Shown here in pieces: positions 25,981 through 39,329 of a stretch of DNA of 64,000 nucleotides (positions are counted from its first letter, which is position 1; every line of letters begins with the position of its first letter). A program made the position numbers and the translations under genes. This DNA is from Octopus vulgaris (taxonomy: Eukaryota), in the NCBI GenBank assembly GCA_951406725.2, contig OX597816.1:100564001-100628000 (forward strand), read 5' to 3'. The notes under the pieces were generated by a model, which ran no database searches, was not told where the DNA came from, and worked only from the letters and a program-made list of their open reading frames with translations.

Positions 25981-27819
25981 CCACACACACATACAGCCAC
26001 CCACACATATAGTGGGTGTGTGTGTTCATGTGAATGTAATCAACTGTAAGACATTTGCCATTACTAATTGTACGTCTCATGAATATATTTGTCTAGGCCT
26101 CTACATATGATTTTATTTAGGAGTATGTGCTTATATTATTGAAGAGGGCATACATTTGTCTTTATAATTCTACTTTAGGAAAACATTTAAAAGAATTAAA
26201 ATAGACCAAACTATTGTCAAATCATCTCTACAAAGAACATGTTATTGAACATAACTGTTTTTCATACAGGTTCTAAACTAGATTATATATTGACTTGAGG
26301 CAGAGTTCATGTGACACAGCACAGTGATGAAAGCTGTCCAATGCTAGAAAACTAAGATAGGCTTTGTTTTGCTACTTAAAATTTGTAATTGATGAAATTT
26401 AGTGTAGTAATCTCTTTTCATATATGTATTGAAACTGATTATCACATGGGAACTTTCATACATAACTGCTCCAGAGTTGTGAATTATATTTTTTATTTTG
26501 GTAAATTTTGTTGATTTCATAACTATACTTATAGATAAAAATTTATCTATAAAGATAGATATGAAATCAGCAATATTTACTAAGAGTTGCTCATACACAC
26601 ATGCTTTTAAATGTACTGATATGTTCATAGATTGTTTTCTCTAGTTTTCAAACCAGACTATATATTGGTTTTATGTCAATCAATGTTTGGCTTATACTGA
26701 TTAAGTTACTGACTTCAGCATTGGCAAATAGGGATCTGAAAGTTGATAAAATCAAATACTTGGTTCATAGAATGACTCATGCATTTAAAAAAGATATATT
26801 TTATAGTCTAAATTAATATCAGAAGAGAATAGTTAGAATCCAAAGAAGTCTATTATGAAAAGATTATCATAGATAGAAAGTTTCTGTATATGTTTATCAT
26901 TTTAATTTTAATTTCCTTTCATTCTTTCCCTTCAGTGTTCAATAATCACTATAATGGGATTTTTCTTTTGATAGCTATATAGATTATTTAGTTTTATTTG
27001 ATAAACTCTATTGTTGGTGTAACATCTACTTTATTTTCTATCCCTGTTTTTTACATTAATGTTTTTCTGTTCTGCAGATTTAACCTCTTTTATCAGATTA
27101 CTACAATTCTGTTTAGATTCTTAATGATGTTCAAATCAATCTTTAATGTGAATACTTCAGTCTATTTAAAACAACAGTGTCACAATATCTCCTAGTTTGG
27201 CTTTTGCATCTTTAGAATCTTTTGTGGGAACATACAGGAAGCTCTCTGTATATTATTCATAATATTACTGTTATATGTACCCTTATATAAATGAAATCAT
27301 GTAAATTAGAAATACCATAGAGATTTCGTAGCTTATTTTGAAAACTCTAAAATTATTGGAAGTTTATAGAGAACCATGATATAGACAATTTCTTTTGAAA
27401 TTGGATTTTTTATGAAAATCTAACTCTTGAAACATTGTAAAGTTCACCGAGGTGGTACTAAAAGTGTGATTTTAAGAGAGAACAGCTTTGAAAACTATAT
27501 TCTTTAATGTACACTTGTTTCCTGTTCTACGTTGAAAACTGTTAAAACAGAATTTAAGCTAATTTCACTAGTATTGGTGCCACAATAAAATCTTACCTAG
27601 TATATTTGTTAAAGCAACTGATGGGGAAGGGCATCCAAAGTCAAAAAGAAAATGTATGACGCAATCAGCTGACTTGTCTAGGAAACAGTAACTTTCAATA
27701 AGAACTAACTTGGACTATGACATCCTGTCCAGCCCATACCAGTATGGAAAAAGCAGATGTATTATGATAATAATGACTAGCAGTGGTAGCAGCTGCTTTT
27801 ATTATTATCATTATTATTA

Positions 27820-28032
27820 AGGTGGTGAGCTGACAGAATCGGTAGCACACTGGGCAAAATGCTTAGTAGTATTTCATCTGCTACTATGTTCTGAGTTCAA
27901 ATTCCACCAAGGTTGACTTTGCCTTTCATCCTTTCGGGGTCAATAAATTAAGTTACCTGTGAAATACTGGGATCAATGTAATTGACTCATCCCCTCCCCC
28001 AAAATGGCTGTCCTTGTGGAAAAATCTGAAGC
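27820..28032 (+). mobile_element. tRNA-derived SINE (family B) in an (ATT)n tract
   Basis: GGTGGTGAGCTGACAGAATCGG...GAGTTCAAATTCC...GACTTTGCCTTTCATCCTTTCGGGGTC. Confidence 0.85.
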
Positions 28033-28057
28033 CATTATTATTATCATTATTATTATT

Positions 28058-28470
28058 TATTGCCTTTCACAGCTTCTAATGCTGGAGATGTACTACAGTG
28101 TCAGCTTTTTACTACCAGTGAACAAAGTAACACCTCTTATTTTTTGAGTACCTTCCAAAGTATTCGAGTGGTTCCAAGCAATGCTGCTTTCTGCAAATGC
28201 TCCACCCTTATTGCAACCCCCTATTTGTTCCACATACCTCTCAAGAAGTATGTGGAATTGTCAAGGGCTCCAACAATTATTGGTACTACTGCTACCTTTT
28301 TCATTGACTACAACTGCTTAAGTTCCCAAGTTAACCTGTCATATCTCTCGACTTTTCTTTTTTCCTTATCGCATACCTTGTTGTCAGCTAGGCATGCTAT
28401 GTCTATTATCCAGCATAGTTTGTTTTCTTTCTCAACAAGCAAAATAATATAGATAATGTCCTCAGTTTTG
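28058..28470 (-). mobile_element. R4/Dong-type (RLE endonuclease) non-LTR retrotransposon 3' fragment
   Basis: Minus translation CWIIDIAC..KEKEKVERY..VVPIIVGALD..LQKAALLGTTRIL. It ends in a (TAA)n tract, the known Dong target. Confidence 0.85.
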
Positions 28471-28719
28471 TTCCATAGTTAAAATCGTTTACTTCTTGTT
28501 GTGAAGTGTAAAATAATTCATACCAATCTATGAAGAAGAAAATGTGAGAATATAGCTTTGATAGATGCTGTTTCAATACTATCTATGTGGGCTGTTATGC
28601 CATCTCAAGGATCATATACTTCTGAAAAATATACAATCCCATCTTTCAATTTTTTTGAATAATCACAGATTTTCTATGAGTACTGTTAATTCTTCTTCTT
28701 ATTATTATTATTAAAAAGA

Positions 28720-28972
28720 TGGTGAACTGGCAGAATCGTTAGCACACTGGATGAAATGCTTAGCAGTATTTCACCCATCACTACATTCTGAGTTTAAAGT
28801 AAATTAAATACTAGTGAAACACTGGGGTCGATGTTATCGACTAATCCCTTCCCACATAATGTCAGGCCTTGTGCGTTAAGTATTATTTAGGTGGTGAGCT
28901 GGCAGAAATGTTAGCATGCTATGCAAAATGCTTAGCTGTATTTCATATGCCACTACATTCTAAGTTCAAATT
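28720..28972 (+). mobile_element. Two tandem family B SINE copies (second one truncated)
   Basis: GGTGAACTGGCAGAATCGTTAGCAC at 28721 and GGTGGTGAGCTGGCAGAAATGTTAGC at 28890. Confidence 0.8.
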
Positions 28973-28984
28973 CTTATTTATGTA

Positions 28985-29440
28985 CTTAATTCTCAGAACT
29001 TGTTCCTGAGCACTGCATATTGATGCCTTAGTTCATCTTTTCAGATCATTTTTCCTAAGCTACTTCCAGTTGTTCATCTTGTATTTCCCTTCCATTTTTG
29101 AGGTATTGCTCTTGCATCAATTTTATTCTCCTTTTGTTCAGTCTTTGTTCTACATCTTGTTTCTTAAATACTTGTGGGTGTGTTACATTTTCACTAGGTA
29201 GCCTGTTGCTGTTTCTAACTGCCACCACCAAAGATTCAATCTGCTGTTTAACATACTATCTCAGACTGTTTTCCTCATTAGCAACACAGATCTTGCAACC
29301 TATGAGACCTCTTGCTCTCTTGTTTCTAGGTACATATTGTCAATAAACATCACTTTTAGGGTGCAGTCCCTTGTTCATTGGTCATCACTTCTCTAGTTTT
29401 TCTATCTATCTCTTCAAGCTCATTCATTGCCCATCTAATT
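28985..29440 (-). mobile_element. R4/Dong-type LINE internal fragment
   Basis: Broken minus translation IRWAMNELEEIDRKTREVM..LHPKSDV..YVPR..RGLIG, a typical post-RT R4 motif. Confidence 0.75.
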
Positions 29441-30094
29441 TTTTATATTTAATTTTATTTAATAACTTTTATTTTATTATCATTTCTAATTTCATTTAAT
29501 TTTTTAACTGAAGAAGGGGAAAAGTTCTGGAATTTCAATTAAAACCCTCAAAATCTTACTGACAGAAACTTTCACAAAATAACTACTCTAATGCCTTGTT
29601 ATATAGAAATATCTAAGAGGACTTTTGTGGTCTACCATGCTCTGGGATCATATTTTACTGCATAGTGTTAGGTTTGTGACTACCAAATAAATAATTTATA
29701 TTCAACTTTCTGACCTACTTTTTATAATTCTAAAGGTTTTGTTGTTGGTGGCATGCAGTGTATTTGGTAAATGTGGGTAACCTCCTTAGTCTTTTATTAA
29801 AAAGAATTTTACACAAGTTATTATTATTTTTTTTTGTGTATATTTACTTCACACTTCTTATATGTTGTGCTGGTCTGCATATGCTCATGTGTACAGGAAT
29901 TTCATTGATAAAATGCACTGAAAAGAACATTTACTTTTCACACTTTGTGAAAATACTAAACATATCACTATTATCAAAAAGTGAAGCACTTTTTGTAAGT
30001 TTCTGCTGAAGAAACAAATAGACTATATAGAATGAAACTGACAAGGAATACTGACCATTCATATTCTGATGGACTTCACATTTCTATCCTACAG

Positions 30095-30195
30095 TGAAGT
30101 GTTTGCTAATAGCCACTGCTATTACAGTGTTTACCAATAGCTACTGCTATTACAGTATTTACCATGAGATAAACTGCTATCATATTTACAGTGCT
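30095..30195. repeat. Short ~29-bp tandem repeat, about 3 copies
   Basis: AGTGTTT(G/A)C(T/C)AATAGC(C/T)ACTGCTATTAC repeated. Confidence 0.65.
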
Positions 30196-32189
30196 GCTAA
30201 TTCATAGTTGAAGAGCTGCAATAACATCATTTTTTAATGTAAACTCATTATTTGCATCTGATTGGAACACTTGATTATTTTTAGTTACAAGTGATTACTG
30301 ATGATAAGGAAACTTGCAATTCTACAGAAACTTTTCAGAAATGGGGCACTGGTAGAATCTTTTTTAATTTTTTTTTGTGTGTGTGTTTTCTTTGTAATAT
30401 TATTCAATGCAATCTATTTTTCATTTCTAGATACAATGTTTATTTTTTATCTAATATTATAGCATTTTATTTGTAGAGGAGTATAATTTTTTGCTTCTGG
30501 TTTGCTTCAACCTGTTTTGTCTTTTGAACTATTTCCACTGCCACTTTCCATGTTTGAATGAGTAATATGGGACTACCAATTCATTATTTAGTTGAATTAT
30601 TGGAAGAAAATTTCATGAATGGTACTTATCTTAACATGAGCTACTGAACCATAAAATGAATGGCAACTATTTTCAGTGAAGTAATTTAATGCAAATGTAA
30701 AAACTTATGCATGCAGAAACTTGGTTACAAAAACAGTTTATACTTCATATTATAGACAACCTACCAGTGAAACATTTAATACATAGTGCTCACAACAAAA
30801 GTACTCAACTGATTCTCCAGATATTAATGTTTCTAATTAACATACTATTATAAGGTTTGGTGTTTTCTTACATGTATTGCTTACAGAGATACAAATTGTA
30901 AGAGATATCCAATTGAACTGACCACAGTATTCTATTCATGCATATTTTATTGATTTAGTTGAGATGAGAGGTGAAGTTGAACTTCACAGAATATATATAT
31001 TCAAATTATAGATTGATAAAACTAAACACAATGTACTTCACCACTGTTTACTCACTGAATATTGATAATTTTAACACAAAATTCCTCTTGTCTTGTTTCT
31101 CCAACTTTTTCACTAGATAACACCATTATACCTAGTTAAGAATGAAAGTTCATAAAAACAAACAGTTTAGCAATATACTAACAAATTAGTCCTTCAACTC
31201 ACCAATGTATGACTGCAGCAGTTTTTCTAAAATAACCTTATAAAGGTCAATCAATATACTATTTACCAATATCTTCCACTTCATTGAAAGATGCAATAAT
31301 TTTAGAATAATCAATACATTGTAAAAGAAACGAGTTTTTCTGAAATCCTTATCAAATTTAGAATAAGTTTTAAATATGTTTTAATTCATTTGAATAATAA
31401 TCATGAAATATTTTGAGGCAATATTTTGCCAGAATTAGAGTAAATCTAAGCATTTAAAAAAATAAATTTTATTGCTGAATGCATGATTTTTTTTATTGGA
31501 CTGTGTATTATTGCTGTTATATTTTTGGCTATGACCTTCCATGCCTTATTATGATTAGTCAGCTGTATCTGATGTAAGTCTGTCTCCCTTTACAAGGCTA
31601 TCATTAAAATAAATCCATATTCTGTTGTGATGCTTAACTAATGTAAACTTAGTGTGGAAAATGAGTGAACAGAAGAACTGAGGTTGTAAGAGAGGTATTT
31701 ATATATTTGAGTATTTATAGATGAAGTGAAGTTTCATGTAAACTGAAGAAAGATTGAGAGTTATTTATAGTGCCTCTCTTATTATATGTTTTGATGAAGA
31801 AATATCAGTGGAAACTATTGTGTATGATGTAAAAGTGATAAAAAGACGTGTAATACAAGAAATAACATGACTAATTGTATGTCTTTATGATTTTGTAACA
31901 AAACCATTAATGTTTCCTGAACCACCTTTCTTGATAATAATGTAAGTTTTAATCTGTATCCTTCATTGAATGAGAGTAAGGTGAGAAAACTGAGTGTAAC
32001 AATGAGGAAAATAAAGAAAAAGAGGGAAACAACAAATGAAATAAAGCAAGTTTTGAAAACCAAAAGCAAAAAATAATTTTATATTAAATGGAATATTTTG
32101 GTAATATATTTAATTCAACTTTAAGTGTATTTTAGAGAAGTAATTAATTGTCAGAGAAAGGATGTTCTCTAAAACACTGGAATCAAGGA

Positions 32190-33092
32190 ATTAGCTGAAG
32201 TTTTTTAAATACCATCCTGAAGTGAAAATTGAAATGATGAGTAATTTTATTGCTGCTAGTCATCCATAGCCATCCATCTTCCTTTTATACACAGTTATCT
32301 AGAATCATTTTATTCAGTGTATTTGTCTTTTTTAAAGATAGTGAGGTCTGATTTGAAGGATGAAATGACTGTGGCCTTCTTTGGATCAGGTAATGATGGG
32401 TGTTTCCACTGCATGGATTCTGCCTTTGTCTTTGGTTCAAAGTGATAAATCCAACACTCATCCTGGGTTAGGAAACATTCAAGGAAACTAGCTGGATCTG
32501 CCTCAAGCAATGTCATATTTTCCTGTGACATGATCAATCTGGTGCACTTTTAATCTGGTATCAGAAGAGGCAGCACCCATTGAGTGGAAACTTTTGTCAT
32601 GCTATGTTCATCATGCAGAATATTCTCATCTCTCTCATAGAATGTGCTTATAGCATTAGTTATTTGAGTTATGGTCAATTGTCTGTCAACACAATCAGTG
32701 TTTTCCTCAGTAGTGGCAGTTGCAGGACATCCAAACCTTGGGTCATCTTCAAGTCTCACCGTTCCCCTCCTAAATACATCTGCCCACTTTTGCACTGTTG
32801 ATAAAGCTGGTGCGTCGTCTCCTAATGTAGCATGTCAGCATGAATGTCCTTGGGGGTTAAAGCCTTTTTTCTGCAAGTTCTTGATAACAGCACAATGCCA
32901 AATTATGTTGATTTTTAAGAAAAGTTGGTACTAGCTATTTTTGTAGTCTTTTATGAACAATCAGATGTCAGTTTACTGGGAAAGAAACAATGCAGTTATT
33001 AAAAAGAAAATTCGAAATTAATGCATGCAAGATTTCACAGCTCCAGTGTCACTCCTTCATAGTCAGCCTATATACTTTTCAGCCCACCCTCA
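32190..33092 (-). mobile_element. mariner transposon, degenerate
   Basis: TA followed by TGAGGGTGGGCTGAAAAG TIR. Frameshifted transposase WADVFRRG..LEDDPRFGCP, KVSTQWVLPLL (WVP motif), TQDECWIYHFEPKTKAESMQW. Confidence 0.9.
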
Positions 33093-33323
33093 TAAGTTCT
33101 ACTTCATTTCAGTTTTTCTTAATTATTTTGATATGACTACTTTTGCTTACTGCATTTCATCCACTGACATTGATTAATGCCTGGTGTCTTTGATCTCCAA
33201 TTTCTCTCTCAAATCAATATTGCATACCCAATTCATAACTATTCAGTATTACACTACATACATACATACATACACACATACATACATACATCCAGTATAC
33301 ATATATATGTATCCATATATATG

Positions 33324-34198
33324 TAGGGTGCAATGGGTAAATTGCCACCCTTTTATATTTTTGATTTTGCATGTGCACATTGTCAGTTTTTGCGTTTGTT
33401 GACTACACAGTATAGTGGGGTCAGTTGGGCACCATCTGTGACAAAAACAGCACCATGATGCAATTCACTCTGCCAGAAATTTGGAAACAATATGCTGTAC
33501 TGCTTGGCATGCAAGCCAGAAGCTCCAATACGAACAAATGGTGAACACTGTTGACTTGTCATGTCTCCAAAACAAGTACCGAGAGTGATAAATATGAAAC
33601 ATTCAGTCAACATCATGATGTTTGGAGTGATCACTGGTGATGGTGACATTATGCCTCCATTCATCTTCCTACATGGCCTCAGACTCAGGGGCCTACATCA
33701 AGTGCCTGGTGGAGCTAGTGCTACCCTGGGTCAAGAGGGTGGCTGCTGGAAGTCCCTATATCTTGCAACAGGACTCTGCACCATGCCACACAAGCAGAAG
33801 AACCCAGTCATGGCTATCAAACAATTTCTGTGACCACATAATCCCTAACATCTGGCCACCTAACTCCCCAGACTGTAACCCTTTTGCTTATTATGTGTGG
33901 GGCACAGTTGTGTGAGAGACCAACAAAACTCCTTGTAATACCTAAGATGAACTGAAGGCAAGGATTATGACAGCATTCACCAACTTAAGCAAAGAGACCA
34001 TCCAGAACAGTTGCAGGAGTTTCTGAAGTTGTCTGGAGGCCGTGGTGGAAGCCACTGGCGATTTTTATTGAATAAATTTACTCTTTAGTATTTCAAGATA
34101 TTTTTATGTAATTTTGGTAAATATATCTGTTAAAATGAGATGACAGTGTCATTCTAATTTTTACATAATTTAGACAACAGTATATTCACTGCACCCTG
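33324..34198 (+). mobile_element. maT-type (DD37D) Tc1/mariner element, internally deleted
   Basis: Ends TAGGGTGCA...TGCACCCTG followed by TA. Peptide QQDSAPCH...WPPNSPDCNPFAY has 37 residues between the second D and the mutated third position. Confidence 0.9.
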
Positions 34199-34203
34199 TA
34201 TAT

Positions 34204-34895
34204 ATCAGGTCATCAAGAATGAAATGCTTGATTTTGAACTGAAAGTTTATTTTTCTTTATCTCAACAAAAAGCAGTGCAGTTAATCAAAGTATGCACTTA
34301 AATTATCAACACAATTTTACCATTTTATTGATAGCTTATTTAAGCTGGCAGTGAAGAATTCTGGAGAGCAAGAGGTGATGAAATCATGAAAGGCTGTTTT
34401 TGCATCTTCTTCAGATTTGAAGGTTTTTCCTAACAAAATGTTGTCTAATGCCTGGAAAACATGATAGTCATTTGGTGCAAGGTCTAGTGAATATGGTGGA
34501 TGACAGAGTTCTTTCAAGTTCAGTTCCTGTAACTTGAGTAGAGTTCTTTTTGCAACATATGGTAAAGCATTGTGTTGCAAGAGAATTGGCCTGTCTCTAT
34601 TGACCAACCTCAGTTGTTTAGTTGCAAGTTCACTCATCATTTCATCCAATTGGTTGATGTATACATCCACTGTAATTGACTTACCAGGGCTCATGAAGCT
34701 GTAGTGGATGACACCTGCAGTGGAGCACTAAACAGACACCATTAACTTTTTTTTGGTGAATATTCTTTTTTGGATTGTGTTTTGGGACTTCATCTCTATC
34801 CAGCCACCATGCAGAACACTTACTATTGTTGAAACAAATCCATTTTCCATCACTCATAACAATACAATGCAAAAATGGTTTGTTTTTATGTTGAT
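34204..34895 (-). mobile_element. mariner transposon 3' half, degenerate
   Basis: IVMSDGKW..., PILLQHNALPY...HPPYSLDLAPNDYH (YSPDLAP.D motif). TIR-like end next to the TA run at 34199-34204. Confidence 0.9.
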
Positions 34896-35311
34896 TTGGT
34901 TTTTATATCTAACTGCTTGTTTGACTATGTAAAGTATCCCTTGTTGGCATCTAGTTTTCCATATAATTTCAATTTATACTTCTTATTTCAATTGTTTTCT
35001 CCTTTTATTCACTGCATGCTTGTTGGATATCTGTTCATTTAAATTCTTAAATGTTGGCAGCTCTCATCAACTCTATTACAGTTCTCTTTTCCAGTTTCTA
35101 TAATACAGAAGAGCCATTTACCTCCTTAATCAGTGTTTTTTTTTACCTGATTGTGTGTCTTTTTCTGTTTGAATTAAAGCTGATCTAGTTGTTAGGTCTA
35201 CCTGAGTGATAAACAACCAGTTTGCTAGGTTGCTTTATGTAGATTCATACCACAAAAGTGAAAAAGTTTGTGTCTAATTTTTATTTATTTATTTACTTAT
35301 TCATTATTATT

Positions 35312-35690
35312 ATTACCTCTGCCTTAGTGAAGGCAGAGGTATTGTTTTCAGTCATGTTTGCTTGTTTGTTTGTCCATGGGCAAAATATCTCAAAAACCAC
35401 TGGATAGATTCAGATGAAACTTTCATGGATATTTGGCCTCGTGACTAGTACGAACTGATTAGATTTTGGGATCGATCTGGTACCAGACAAGAATTCTGGA
35501 TTATTTTTTTCTGTTTTTTTAATTTAATTTTTGAGAGCAATCAGGTTCATTTTTAGTATTCTCATTTGTGAGAGCAGTCAAGTTTATTTCAGATACTCTC
35601 ATTTTAAAAATCATCTCTGGCTAATTGTTAAGAGAACTTTGGTGTTGCCTTGTGCTCTCTTGTGGATGTTTGTGCTCTCTGAGTGCTCTT
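35312..35690 (+). mobile_element. Helentron/DINE-1-like non-autonomous element
   Basis: 5' TTACCTCTGCCTTAGTGAAGGCAGAGGTA hairpin, (TTTG)n microsatellite, core AAATATCTCAAAAACCACTGGATAGATTCAGATGAAACTT, 3' hairpin GCTCTCTGAGTGC, T-rich flanks. Confidence 0.7.
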
Positions 35691-36735
35691 ATTATTATTA
35701 TCATTATCATATAGCTATTGCTTCCTTACACATTTGCCTATTTTGGTATTTATTGTGAGACTGTAGAAATTCCATACTACAATTAAATTGAACAATTAAT
35801 TATCCAACTGTATACATAATATCTCACAGGAATTGTGAAATGAATGTTGATTGCAGATAATGATTAATGATAATTCTATAACAGTAGTTCTTGGATTGAG
35901 AGTTATTACTTTTGTCATCAGTTATATTTTAATATTGAATGCAAGCAAATCAATTGAGATTCACTAATAAAGAGGAAGAAGAAAAATTCTCAGCACAAGT
36001 TATGTAAAAATAGTGGTGGAATCTACTTACACAGAAGGTTATATAAAGAAATATGTCTTAAAAATTTGATGAATGATAGTGGCGTAATTCTCAGGAAGAT
36101 ATTAGGTATGCATAAAATGCAGGGTACTGACACAACATTGTCAGTACAATTTAAAAGTGCTAGGATAGGCTGTGGCATTCCACTGGTGGATGTACACTTC
36201 TTCATGCCAAAAAGGTTTTGGTCGCATCACTGACTCATTAAGGTTTGTGTAACAACTTGAAACAATATGGGCTCTCTGGTAGTTTTCCTAGTCGTTTTTG
36301 CATGCTGATTAAACTAGGACAGTGTGCAGAAAAGTAGTACATGATATACAGATATACATAGATACTGGCAATATAGAAATGTAGAAGCATATATATATAT
36401 ACACATCCACACATGTACAAGTGTGTGTACACACACATAGAGTCTATATATATATATAAAACTGAGTATGTGTGTCTGCATGTGTGCATCACAAAAACTC
36501 GAAAACTATCCAACCGATTTCATTCACATTTTACACATGCCTCACTTACAGTCCATGCAGTATCATGGGCCAAACAATTTTCAACTTCTTGAGTAATGTG
36601 AGCATGGGGCAATCTCTTATTTCTTACAATATTTTAGTATTACGTGTCAAAAGTAATACAATAACATCTCTATTGTAATGTGAGATACTTTCAGTTTTAA
36701 TACTTCCAGTATTAACATTGAAACTATTATCTCAC

Positions 36736-37076
36736 TTAAATACATACGTATATATATTTATATATATTATGTGTGTGTATATATATATGTATATATTCAC
36801 ATATAGAGAGAGAGATGCATATGTTTAGCTGTATATGTATGCATACATATGTATAGATGTATATGTATAGATATATATCTACATATATATATGTAGATTT
36901 ATATGTATATACATATATATACATATATGTATGTGTATATATGTATATACATATATGTATGTATATATATGTATAAATATATGTACACATGTATATATAT
37001 ATGCGTTTGTATGCATATGTATGTATATGTACATATATAGATGTATATGTAGCGATGTATATATATGTATATTTAT

Positions 37077-37120
<44 letters not shown>

Positions 37121-37231
37121 GTATGCATCTATATGTGTATGTATATTTGTATGTATATAAATATATGTATAGATGTATATGTATATATATGTGTGTGTGT
37201 ATATATATATATATATACATGAATATATATG
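36736..37231. repeat. Compound (TA)n/(TATG)n microsatellite
   Basis: Directly visible. Further tracts at 37397-37596, 38534-39090 and 39846-40010. Confidence 0.95.
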
Positions 37232-37272
37232 AATAAAAAATGGAGTTAACGCAGGTGTAATCAAATATTTTT

Positions 37273-37358
37273 ACTTTCGACACATGTTTCAAAAATTCCA
37301 CTGATACTATTCAAAAGAATAAATGGTATAAACAATGCAATCTTCTCCTCAGGAAAGT
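37273..37358 (-). ncRNA. Type I hammerhead ribozyme motif with long stem II, in a ~165-bp island between (TA)n tracts
   Basis: Minus strand reads ACUUUC CUGAGGA [~55-nt imperfect stem II] GAAA CAUGUG UC GAAAGU. 6-bp stem I, palindromic ACAUGU in stem III, GUC site. Confidence 0.75.
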
Positions 37359-37405
37359 GAAAAAAACGAAACTCGTCAATAAGACATTTTAGCATTTATA
37401 TATAT

Positions 37406-37451
<46 letters not shown>

Positions 37452-37553
37452 ATATATACATATATATATATACATATACATATATATATATATACATATA
37501 TATACATATACATATATATATATACATATACATATATATATATATACATATAC

Positions 37554-37585
<32 letters not shown>

Positions 37586-37752
37586 ATATATATATATCGT
37601 GACGTATTTTTGCCATTTCAATATGGCTAACCCCTAAGGGTGGATGCTACTGTAGTTTTTAGCCCCAGGAGAACACACTCCTCCAGCTGGCCATAGACAC
37701 ACTATCTGTGTCCTGTCAGTATTTGCAAAGGGAAGTCATCCTTCCCGTCTTC

Positions 37753-37820
37753 AACTTATGATACACACGGACTCGAGTTTCGAGGTATTGACCTCTCGTC
37801 AGCGTGTGACAATCATAGTT
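37753..37820 (-). ncRNA. Type I hammerhead ribozyme, intact
   Basis: Reverse complement of 38266-38333. Confidence 0.9.
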
Positions 37821-38265
37821 GTCGCCGAGAATTAGATTTCCTTCACAAATACTTATACTTTTTCCAGCGTCCACTGTCGCTGATATTGAAAAAGTGAAAT
37901 CAAACAATGATAAATATCAAAGTGAGTTATATACAGTAGCGGTAACACATCATGACGTATTTTTGCCATTTCAATATGGCTAACCCCTAAGGGTGGATGC
38001 TACTGTAGTTTTTAGCCCCAGGAGGACACACCCCTCCAGCTGGCCATAGACACACTATCTGTGTCCTGTCAGTATTTGCAAAGGGAAGTCAACCCTTAGG
38101 GGTTAGCCATATTGAAATGGCAAAAATACGTCACGATGTGTTACCGCTACTGTATATAACTCACTTTGATATTTATCATTGTTTGATTTCACTTTTTCAA
38201 TATCAGCGACAGTGGACGCTGGAAAAAGTATAAGTATTTGTGAAGGAAATCTAATTCTCGGCGAC

Positions 38266-38333
38266 AACTATGATTGTCACACGCTGACGAGAGGTCAATA
38301 CCTCGAAACTCGAGTCCGTGTGTATCATAAGTT
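38266..38333 (+). ncRNA. Type I hammerhead ribozyme, intact
   Basis: CACACG CUGACGA GAGGU-CAAU-ACCUC GAAA CUCGAG UC^ CGUGUG. Stem I is extended past an internal loop (UAUGAU/AUCAUA). Predicted cleavage after C38316. Confidence 0.92.
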
Positions 38334-38567
38334 GAAGACGGGAAGGATGACTTCGCTTTGCAAATACTGACAGGACACAGATAGTGTTTCTATGGCCAGC
38401 TGGAGGAGTGTGTCCTCCTGGGGCTAAAAACTACAGTAGCATCCACCCTTAGGGGTTAGCCATATTGAAATGGCAAAAATACGTCACGATGTGTTACCGC
38501 TACTGTATATAACTCACTTTGATATTTATCATTATATATATATACATATACATATATATACATATAC

Positions 38568-38774
<207 letters not shown>

Positions 38775-38835
38775 CATATACATATACATATATATATACA
38801 TATATATATATATACATATATATATATACATACAC

Positions 38836-38866
<31 letters not shown>

Positions 38867-38907
38867 CACACACATATATATATATACATATACATATATA
38901 CACACAC

Positions 38908-38940
<33 letters not shown>

Positions 38941-39034
38941 CACACACATATATATATATACATATACATACACACATATATATATATATATACACATATA
39001 TATATACACACACACATATATATATACACGTGTG

Positions 39035-39071
<37 letters not shown>

Positions 39072-39329
39072 ATACATATATGTGTATAATTCATTTAAAC
39101 CATCTCTCATCAATTTCTCGTTCACACCAAACAACGTAAACTCCACTCACTCTTCCATTCAATCACACCCTATGCCACTACCCCAACTCCTACCCTACCT
39201 CTCTCACTCCTTGATACGCTCCCCCACCCTCACCTACCCCTGTCCCTCCCACCACCACTCCATCCACATACCTCATCCCCTCCCTCCCAACCTTCCACCA
39301 CCCCTCCTACTTCTGTCCCATCCACCCCT

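Larger units (their letters stand above)
37596..38533. mobile_element. Retrozyme-like element: 353-bp unit, 1.4 copies (minus) joined to 1.25 copies (plus)
   Basis: GACGTATTTT at 37601 and 37954, and ACCCTTAGGGG at 38092 and 38445, both give period 353. Strand switch at 38091/38092. One HHR per unit. Flanked on both sides by (TA)n. Confidence 0.9.

Noticed and set aside
29508-29560. CTGAAGAAGGGG...CCCTCAAAA possible PLE-type HHR remnant
   Set aside because: GAAA and the cleavage triplet are absent and there is no supporting family context.
37716-38370. Identical 63-aa ORF on both strands (MFDFTFS...)
   Set aside because: It is a by-product of the inverted retrozyme copies. It has a non-ATG start, runs through the ribozyme and shows no recognisable domain.
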